Positions 49,035-59,079 of a stretch of DNA of 64,000 nucleotides are shown here, one piece after another (the stretch's first letter is position 1; each line of letters starts with the position of its first letter). Below the pieces are notes generated by a model. It saw only the letters and a list, made by a program, of their open reading frames with translations. It searched no databases and had not been told where the DNA came from. The stretch comes from Raillietiella orientalis (Eukaryota): the NCBI GenBank assembly GCA_036172245.1, contig JAYWIR010000048.1:1240001-1304000 (forward strand). Direction: 5' to 3'. A program made the position numbers and the translations under genes.

Positions 49035-50379
49035 ATGCCTACTGTGCCAACTGCAGCCGAAATCATTGCATCTTTAAAAAAAACAGATTTTCCATATTCA
49101 GTTAAAGATGCATTGTACCATATAGGTGAGAATATTATGATTTACAATAAAGCAATTGCTTGTGCTAAAATGAAAATCAGAAAGATTAAGTCAACTGAAT
49201 AACCAGCAGGCCAGGTTTTCTTCAAATCCACAGCAGGTTTTGAATGAAATCATGGAAGAATTCATTTTTTGCAATACAGACTACAGAGGATCAAGAAGAA
49301 AAGTAAACATTCTGGATGCGGCTGTCATTAAGTTTAAAAATTTATTTTAGAAAATTACTTATCTTCAGGAATTACAGCTGATTGATACACTGAGTGATTA
49401 CTTTTTAAATGTCAAAAACGATGTAGTAAGAAATATGGTGTTCATGAATATTTTTCATATTGGTCAAATAGTCGAGAAATACAAGATTCAAGTGCTTGCT
49501 CGATTAGTATCTGTATCAATTACTATCCAAAATTTGCCTGTCCTGACATCCACAGCAATCTGGATGCAGGTATGTAGTTTACTTAAAACTATGACAGGAT
49601 AGATTTCTAGCAACAAGGGTGTGACTCTTTGAATACTCAAAAAATGATTGAAACAATACTGATGGACTTTTTTGAGTTCCTTCCTGGGGCTGAGCAAAGA
49701 CTGAAACCTTTGCCAATCATTGCTCCATTGTTTGCTGGTAATTTTCTGTCTGCTGTTGCAGAATTGTTGCATGGAATGCATGGTATTGGTAAGTGAGAAT
49801 TTCAAGGAAACAAAAACCAATGCTTGCATAGAAAATAAGGCGTCATGTAAAGTTCTACTAAAGACAATAACTGACTGGATAATTGACGAACCATCTATTT
49901 GCATTTATCCTGTTAATCAATCTATTCAGAGTGTGCTTCCTCGTGGAAGCATAGCTATGCCAGCAATTTCTGCAATTGGAGGTTTGCTAAGGTGGTGTGT
50001 TTTAGCAGCAGTAAAACCTTCCTTTTCGGAAAATGATGCCTTATATGGACAACTGCATTACAATCTTTTAAAAATAATGGCTGATACTACTAAATGTGAT
50101 GCAACATCGTCGCTGTTAAACACTAAACAAATACTTGCATTATTACGAGAAGCACAAGCACATGCTACTCATGACAATATCCAGCTAGCTTTGGATCGTA
50201 TTGGGCAAGCCTTGCATGTGTCTATAGCAACCAAGTGCTTATCTGGAAACATTGGTAAAATGCAGCATACGAGACTTTTCACACAAGGTATTTTTCCAGA
50301 TGAAATTTGCAGTTTTCTACCCAATTTGCCATCCAATCGATTGTTAACAATGTTATCAAGGTATATAAATATATTTTGA
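49035..50379 (+). CDS. INTS15: Integrator complex subunit 15 (C7orf26 homolog)
   Basis: Exons 49035-49125, 49181-49302, 49351-49569, 49611-49788, 49832-50254, 50300-50379. Segments SLKKTDFPYSVKDALYHI, MEEFIF, LQELQLIDTLSDYF, LARLVSVSI...PVLTSTAIWMQ, GLLRWCVLA and ALDRIGQALHVSI match the C7orf26 family as recalled. Confidence 0.85.
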
Positions 50380-50402
50380 TGTTGTGAAGTTTTTGCAAAA
50401 GT

Positions 50403-51582
50403 CTAAAAGGGTTTGAATTTTCTTTTTTGTTTCATTTCTTGTAATTTTTTTTTATCCTCTTCGAATTTTCTTCTCAAGTCTTCGATATCTGTTGGCAAAA
50501 AATTTTCAAATTTGTCTGATAGGATTGCTACTCACATTTCATCTTGGATTCTCGTATCTGAAAAGCGTAGAAATTCAGTAATTGCTTCCTTTCATTCTTT
50601 CGAGCTTCTTTTTCTAAAATCTCGCTCTCAATAGCTGCAGCTCTTTTGATGCCCTTATTTCTACCTCTACAAGAATGCATGACTAACTTTTGTAAACTCT
50701 AGCTATCATACCTTCGTGTTACAGTCACCCATCCATCTTCGTCAACAGTATTTGGTTTTATTTTACTCTTTTCCTTTTCAAGATTATCATATTCCTTCAT
50801 GAATGCGTTTACTTCTTGTAAAATAGCATCATTCTGATGCTTCAAATGTTTTTTCTGCTTGTACCATTCTGATGGAAAAATTGTTTGACACATTAAAAAA
50901 ATATTAATATACTTCTAATTCCTGTTATTGGTAATTTATAATTTTGCAAAATGCACTCTTTAACATTTGACTCCAGAAATTTCTTCACTGAAGCAGCATT
51001 GTCGAATATGACATAAGCTGTTTTGAATCCCTAAGGAGTAAATGCACTGTTTTACACCACATTACTGAATACTTACGAGCAATCTAGTGTGTGTGTTCTC
51101 ACTGGGAATGGTTATCTTAGATGAGGGCTCCTTTACCAAATAAATATTTTCAATTTTTCCATGAGAAGAAAACAAGTCATGCAGGCTTTCCTATGCAAAG
51201 ATTTATTTTTCAGAATTTAAGTCTAATACATTTGCTCAACCTCATCACAATATGGAGGAACATTAAGAAGCATCAACGTACAACCGCAAGGTAATAAAGG
51301 GTTTGCTTTTTTGACCTTATGATCTGCAATCATTACTTCATGCCATGACTTGCACGAATGATCATACTTAATTTTCAGAACTGAAAAAAAAAAACGCAAT
51401 TACTCACATAAATAATGGAATTACATCAATAAAGACAAACAATACTGCCTAATAAGTGAGTAAAGGATAATATTTGGAGTTTTAGATGCAAACTACTTTG
51501 ATTCTCCTATGCAGTATGCAACACAATTTTATAAAAGGACTAGGATACGAAACAATTAAATACCTTTGAATCTTACGGCCAT
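50403..51582 (-). CDS. RRP7A: Ribosomal RNA-processing protein 7 homolog A
   Basis: Exons 51582-51564, 51380-51241, 51190-51077, 51030-50913, 50868-50712, 50666-50536, 50488-50403. Motifs TLMLLNVPPYCDE, GFKTAYVIF, VDEDGWVTVTR, FYAFQIRESKM and the C-terminal LRRKFEEDKKKLQEMKQKRKFKPF*. Confidence 0.93.
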
Positions 51583-53949
51583 TATAAGTACGTTTCAACA
51601 TTTCACATGCGTGGCACGTTCACTGCTGAAGAAACTGGCAACATATCCAATGCAATTATTAATCACAAACCACAGCATGCTTCTCGAGGTTATCATATAG
51701 AGGTCTTACACGGTGATCCCAAAGTCGTGGGTTGCCAGGTTTTTTACGAAAATACTTTTGATTATTCGCGATCTACGACACAACTTAGGTAAGCAGAAAC
51801 TTATCATCCTAAGCTTATGAAAACTCATAAGAAAAATTTTAAAGTATCAGAAGTTTCACATGAGTAAAAATGTAAAGTTTACTTAGAGAAGAACTTTGCA
51901 ATTTATTGTATATCCACTTTGATCAGTGAGATAAATCAGTATTAATTATCTAAAGAATCAAAATCTTTTAGAAAATATCTTATTTCTTCACATCCAGAAA
52001 CTTTTCAATTAGTTTCATAGCGTGCTTCTTCCCTCTTATAGTTAGTTTGATAGGAACCTTCAAGAGTAAAACAGTCGCAACTTCATCTCCAACAAGCAGC
52101 AAAGGTAGCAATTCATAGCATATACGAATGTTCGAGATCAATCCTTTCACTATTCATTTCATGTTTGCAATCAAGAAATATCAAATAGAATCAAGATAAA
52201 CTGATTTCAACTGGCCAAATTCATCTGCAAAAGACACTCTGTTATGAACATCAAGATATTTTTCAAGCATCTTAGAGTGAATGAATAAACCACTATACTG
52301 TAACAAACAAAACTCAAGTGCACCTAGTTGCATTTATAGATTGATTCCTTCTGTGAGTTTCTCTATTTAGATATTTTCTTTCAAGATAAATGGTGTGGAA
52401 GATGGAAAGATGGAAAATTTTTGTTTTTGGGTGAAGATCTTCAGAACATAGAGTATTTAGAAATCATACACTTTTGTTACAGATAATGTGTTGTCAATGA
52501 GGGAATATAATTTTGAATTTACCAATGATTTCGTAAAATGCCTACCCTGCATGGACGCTAAGAGCTGTATTCACTAAAACATCGCTTTGAGGAATTTACT
52601 TCAGTTCTAAGAAGACAAAAATGAACTTCGTTTTATCCTCATGTTGGTTTCTTTCTCATTATTTATTTGGATTAAAGTTGATCAATAATATATAAGTTCA
52701 TTTACTAGAAGTTCTCAGGATAGATGATAATAGTAGCTGGCCATTGGCAATAATTTGTGCTGCTTAGGAGCTTGAGTCATCTTTTCTTACTTACAAGTGC
52801 TTAAGGTTTGAAATATTGATCATCATTTAACTGTGATAAATCAAACATTTGCAAAGATTGTCAACGAACAACGTAAGATATACTGTACTCAGCTCCATCA
52901 TTGCAATATGCATCATGTATGAAATCTCAGACTGTCTAATACTTGGTTACTTCTTTGTACAAGCCTCTTAAATTATAAAATTTTCTGATAGTGCTAAGGA
53001 AGTTTAAATGAATTTATGGTTATGAATTGCAACAACTCAATTAGACAATTCAACTTGGATGTTATTTCGCGTTATAAAAGTTATTCCTTCTGTTAATACG
53101 CGTGATGCCACAGAATGCCTGTTCTGTGTTATGGATTTGAACACTATGTCGTTTAATACTCTTGCCCTATTTAGGAGTTGATATTTTGTAGGTATTGAGC
53201 ACTTTTAGGAAACAGCTTCAGTTATGGGTGAGAAAGAAAGAAAAATAAAAGTTAGGGAAAAATGCATCAGCATTTAACTGTTGATTCTTTCCTGTTGTTT
53301 CTTTAATTTCTTTAGCACCGAAACTCAGGGTTCGGATCTCATTGCTCTATGCCGTTTTAACTGATTACTGCATTAAATTATCATGCATTGAAACAGGCAT
53401 TCGAAGTGAATCTTAATCCATCAGTAACTTAATCAACAGATTCAGCAGTCTGCTCCTACGTGAAAGCATTTGTAAAGTATAAAACAAAATATTCTTTTAG
53501 AATGCCAAATCATCTCAAGCAGTGAATAATACAAAAGCTAGAATACATTAACTACTGAAGGATGTTAGGCAGATGCACTGCAAATGACTCCAACACAAAC
53601 AGGTAAACTGTGTTCCGCATTCTCATGCCTGTTGATCCAGCCCATAACAATAAAGACAAACTCTCTTCAAAAGACCGAGTCCTTGAGTGAAATAGAAAAA
53701 AGAAGTATAAAGATTAGAGGAACGAAAATAAAAATGCAATATGCATGCATTCATTAAAAAGAACAAGCCGTGAAAAAGCATTTCTCTATTGTATTATCTT
53801 GATAACTTCAATACAGGGCGTCTGCGGTTAGCAGGTTTTCCAGAATTTAGGTAACAGGAATTATTGACACAAATGCTTAAGAATTATATGCGCAAATCTA
53901 CTGAAAGTGTGTATAAGTGTGTAAGCATAAGTAAATACCACTTACACGT

Positions 53950-54135
53950 CCTCCAATAGCTTAGGACCTTCGTGGCAGCGGGCAACCCTGAAGATCGAGG
54001 AGCTCCGATAGGCCGAAAGAGCGGTCCCTTTGCTGCGCGATGGAGCGCGTGTTCCTCATGCGAGGAGCGTGGCAATGGGCCGGGAAAGGGCAGACGGTTT
54101 GAAATATCAGAATCTCCGTGTTTTCTCGCGTGTGT
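53950..54135. promoter_or_regulatory. CpG-rich island, probable bidirectional promoter/first-exon region upstream of GTPBP6
   Basis: A sharp local GC/CpG peak inside CpG-poor DNA, ~550 nt upstream of the GTPBP6 ATG, with a minus-strand GTAAGT donor at its left edge (53945). Confidence 0.5.
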
Positions 54136-54643
54136 ATGAAATCATTTTTCAGGACATAACGAAACCGGTGATGCTTAGAAAAAGCTTAATTTGAATTTTG
54201 GGTCCGCAATGTTTTTGCAATGATATCCAATAGGAACAGCAATTTAGTATCCCATAAAGACTTTCCAGTTGAGTGTATTACACGTGTTCTGCTTAATGGC
54301 CTTTCATTATTCGGTTTAAGTAAGTAATGCTGATATGTTAACTTAAATGGTATCAACTGATGCTTAGAATGTTTTGTTTTGAACAAAAACAAAGCTAATT
54401 TTTTTTTTACCTCAACTGTCATTAAAAGTGGACATTTTCACTTTTTCCCTAGCATTTTCTGCAAGTTATTTTGTGCTGAATTTTGTTCTAAAGAAACAAT
54501 CCAGGAAGCTTTTTTTTGTTACCATACCTGGCATAATGGGCTTTGTAGTAGCTATAAAGTACTCAGCCACAGAAGTATCTCTTTGTTTTAAAGAGAAAAA
54601 AAATGCTTTTGAATAACGAAAAAAATCAAATGCTTCCACAGAC

Positions 54644-56932
54644 ATGATAAGTTGGTGCACAGCAAAGTTTATCAGAAGGTGTCTTGATCACTGCACTGGA
54701 AAGCTTTTTTATCAAAATCGTCAGAATTTTCCCCCTTCAAGCATCCCAATGAAAATATCAAGAACTCTCTGCTTTGATGAGGGCATTGATGATGAAGTTT
54801 ATAATCTTCTGAATGATGAAGAATACAAGAGTTCGTTCTGTTCCACTGTAAGCAGCAGTGATATTGGTCATAATGTTTGTGTTGTACTGCCATATGTGAA
54901 ATGGGGCCCCAATAAGAAACAGAACACTAATCCTGATCTTCAGCTGTATGAAGCTATTAACTTAATTCACACTTTACAAACCTGGAAAGTCGTAAACGAA
55001 GTAAGTGTATCCACAAGGTTTTATCAATGTAGTTTTAAGAATATATCCACAGATTAAGGTACCTGTTTCAAAGTCTCTTCGTACACAGAGAGTATTTGGA
55101 TCAGGCAATCTAGAAAAAGTGAAGGAATTAATACATTCTGACCCCAGTACATCTGCTGTTTTTGTAAGTGTCAACATTCTTTCTGGACCTCAATATAGGT
55201 AAGAACAACTGTTCAATCTGAAGTATTACTTGCACCAAATGATAAAGTTGGGATGCTAGTGTGGTTAGAATTCTTTGCACATGTAATAGAATTTAAGAAC
55301 CTGAAGAAAACCTATGAAACATGGTTGAATTATGTCTGAATGTATGAAATGTAACTTTGAAAAAACAAAAAAAAAATGCTATGTAGATTCTTAAGAGGAG
55401 AGTTTGGTGTTCCTGTGTTTGATCGTTATACAATAGTGCTAACTATTTTCAAAGAACATGCGTGTACTCGTGAGGCCAAGTTACAGATAGCACTTGCAGA
55501 AATTCCTTATTTACGGTATGTAACTTTGCCCTATAGAAATTGCTTTAATATGAAATAGCATTCATTTACGTGATATCCATAAAAACGAAGGGGTAGAATC
55601 TCATTTCCAAAACACCATTGGGAGGTGTGGTCAAAGTTATTTCCAGACTCGTAAGGAGCTTCTCAAAGAAAGAGAACAGAAGATTACCAAACTTTTGAAA
55701 AAGGTTTTTTCAAGGAAGGAGTTATCATACAAAAAGAGAAGAATATGTGAATTTCCAACAGCTGCTGTAATTGGCTATACAAATGCAGGTGAGAATTCTT
55801 TATGTATGAAATATAAGCTCTTGCCACATTGAATCAGATTATTTTTGTGGTTGGTTAATTATCAATTATTCAACAGTTACCTTGCTTTCAGAGTTGTTTG
55901 AAGTGGCCTCATACCTTAACTTATATTGATTTTGCAAAGTAATACAAAAAGATACTTAGTTTTAGGTACAAGTATCTCTTAAATGTGTACAAGATCGTCT
56001 TATTTTGTTCAACATAGTTACCTTATTGAACCACTGTTGCAAAATTGCGTATTTATATGATGAAACCAAAAGAAAATTTCGCTCCCAACAAAAAAATTAG
56101 ACATGTTTGTGTTTTTTTCAAACACGTATCGAAATTATTATATTTCAATGTTTTTAAAATTAGGTAAAACATCATTAATTAAAGCATTTACGGAAGAAGA
56201 GAAGCTGAAACCAAAGAACTGCTTGTTTGCAACGTTAGATGTAACAAGTCATGCTTACAAGTTACCTAGTAATTTGAACATTTTATTCTTGGATACAATA
56301 GGATTCATTGCTGATATGCCTACAGCATTAGTTGCCTCTTTTCATTCCACCCTAAAAGAGGTTTTAACAGCTGTAGGCTTCTAATTATGTGCATGTGCAA
56401 TAATTTTATATGCATTAATATTTCAGAATCTTCTGATTCATGTATGGGATGTGAGTCATCCTGATTGCCAAGCACAGTACGAGAATGTGATGGCTACTCT
56501 TAATTCTTTGAAGTGTCCACAGGAAAAACATGCTCCTCTCATTACTGTTGGTAATAAAATTGATTTATGCCCTAAAGTGGAGCTACAAGAACATTGTGAT
56601 ATTCTTCTTTCTGCTAAGACAAAAACAGGTACACTAGCATTTATGGATATTTGGTTCACTGCCACATAGGTCTTTATGAATTGGAGTGCAAAATCGATAA
56701 TATATTGCAGTGTGAAACAAATAGGATGCTTAGAGTTATCCGAGTCCCTGTTGGCAGTGATGCATTTATTTGGCTCCATAGGGAAGCCACAGTGATAGAA
56801 TATAAGAATTGTTCTTTAGATTGCCAATATGCAATTGTGCATGTAATGTTTACAGCAAAATCAATAGGAAGGTTTCAAAAAGCTTTTCCTCATTACAAGG
56901 AGTCATTGTTTTCGAAAAGTAATGAAGATTAA
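54644..56932 (+). CDS. GTPBP6: Mitochondrial HflX-family GTPase (GTP-binding protein 6)
   Basis: Exons 54644-55000, 55053-55198, 55387-55515, 55559-55788, 56164-56372, 56427-56628, 56670-56932. HflX motifs VPVFDRYTIVLTIFKEHACTREAKLQIALAEIPY, G1 GYTNAGKTS, LFATLDVT, G3 DTIGF, G4 NKID. Basic N-terminus compatible with a mitochondrial presequence. Confidence 0.94.
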
Positions 56933-56996
56933 ATGTATACCAGTACCAGTTTGCTTCATTTATTTCAAAAATGCATTATGCTACTTAAACTCAAAC

Positions 56997-59079
56997 TCAC
57001 AAAACGCAGCAGTTCTGAGAGAAGTATGAAAACATAAATACAGCAGCCATATGGCGATTACTTACATTCTTTTTTTTATATTCTCCAGAAGCTGCTCTTC
57101 GGCTACTTTCATACTGTTTTTGGAAGATGAAGTTCTCTTCCTCCTGTAATTTCTGTGCTAACTGTTCACTAAAATAAACTTGTGATCTCTGAAATAGAAG
57201 ATCAACTTACTCTGAAATCGGGTGCTTCTTTTCTTGTAACATGTCATTTTCTGTTTCAGAGTTTTGTAGGGATAAGGCTATCAGATAACTGCTCCCATAT
57301 TGGATTAGTGTATTAGCAGTTCCACCTACTCTTGTTCTTGCTGATTGCAAATTGGTGCTTTTGAATCAGTTGCTGCTGTATTATCTGATTTTGCTCCAAC
57401 TGGCTGAAAGTATGCATTAACAAAAACTCCATCGCCTTCAATGTTTGACAATGTCTCCCAAACTATGTTTTCCTCACTCAGGAAACCTTGATCAGTAACC
57501 AGTTGGTACAGTTCATTCTAAAAAAATCGTGATATCTGTTCTTTTACAGGTAACTGTACCTGTCTTTTGAGAATTGTACTAAAGTGGTTGTTACGGAACA
57601 ACACTGCTAATTCATGATCTCTCATGGCTAGATTCAATTCATATAAGCCATGATATGTCATCTGAGATGCTGTTCTCTCCAAGAAATTCTCTGCAAGAAG
57701 TGCTAAAAACATCAAGTAGTATTTCAGTTTGTTTCAAATCAACTAAAGGTTTTATTCATAATATTGGGAATCCATTTGCTCATTAATTCTGTATTCACTA
57801 TCATCTAAGTAAGTTTTTAATACACAATGTATTTTTAATTTTCTAGTTTACAGATATTTAAATTTCAATTTTACATTACTGATAACATCTCAGTGCAATT
57901 ACAGTAGAATACTTGTTGAATGATTAAACAATTTCTCAATCAAAAATAAGCAAACTGATACAAATAAAAATAACATGACAAAACAAAAAAAAAAAAAATG
58001 GGAGAAGAAAAATGAAAGAGAACATTGGAAAGTAATGCCGTCAGTTTACAAGACAATATGACAATTACACGCATTGAATCTTGAGTTAAACTAATATTTC
58101 TGTGTAACACTAAGAAAAAAGAACCTTCACTTTCAATTTTGAATGCGCAATAAAAACATCTGATACAGTTAAAAATTGTTTTCTATGCCTCTATATGCAT
58201 TTACACGATTTTAAACTCCCAACACAATGTAACTTGCTTCACTATTTTATTTCTTGGACAGAGTCGATTTTACTTCAACATAATTATATCACAATGCATA
58301 TGAAATTATCATCTTTTAATTTAAAAACTAATGCTTTATACCAAATCTTACATCCTCTTCCCTCTCAGAATGCTTATTCACAATGATCTTTTCTACCAAT
58401 TGGTTGTAACCATACTTTTGCACTGCTTTTACTTCTTCTTCATTTTGTGGATCCACTAACCATGCATGATACAAAGGAATATTTAACAAATCAAAAATGA
58501 TGCATTCAGGGGTGTATTCAAAATCCTTTACTCTAAAAATGGACATTTATTTACATTGAATATCAAAATCTGACAAAGTTTAACTAAAAGGAAAATCCAA
58601 AATTATCAAAACATATACATATATGTACATATACATATATACCCAGTAAACTTGATGTTAACATCAAGTCCTCTGGTCAATTTGGGAAGAATCAACATCG
58701 CATCATTCATATTTTGTTCATAATTTAATTTTTCAAACTCGGAAATATTCTAAAAACACAACAATCAAAGACAGTTAGGTAACTGATGACTCACTTCAGG
58801 TAATTCTTCAAGAATACAGTTAGCTATATATTGTACAAGTTCAATTGCCGATACATTTTCAGCCTTTGTCGATAAAAGCAATTTGTTTCTTAAAATTAAA
58901 ACATTTATAACTGAAATCAAGGGACATGGTCCATTTTCGTTTTGGGTTATAATAGGAACTTTCTGATTATTCCATGAAATCCACTTTACACAATGAAATA
59001 TATTTGATAATTCCAAATCTGCTTCCTCTTTACCGATGTTTGGACAAGGAAAATCAGTGCCATTTGCAGACTGACTCAT
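56997..59079 (-). CDS. MINDY1/2: MINDY-1/2 (FAM63) family K48 deubiquitinase
   Basis: Exons 59079-58795, 58749-58643, 58532-58342, 57702-57560, 57517-57330, 57288-57211, 57168-57066, 57014-56997. Catalytic QNENGPCPL and FRNNHFS; LVTDQGFL; MIU-like DYLIALSLQ and SDEQLAQKLQEEE; C-terminal CCVL (CaaX). Confidence 0.94.

Noticed and set aside
52710..52830. Possible minus-strand box C/D snoRNA (ATGATGA...CTGA) with short 28S-like matches (TAGTAGCTGG, CTCAGGATAG)
   Set aside because: The guide is not correctly positioned relative to a D/D' box, the terminal stem is weak, and a splice-donor-like site lies inside.
53985..54030. Hammerhead-like CTGAAGA...GAAA...GTC motif
   Set aside because: The stem II closing pair and stems I/III could not be formed convincingly; better explained as a CpG-rich promoter.
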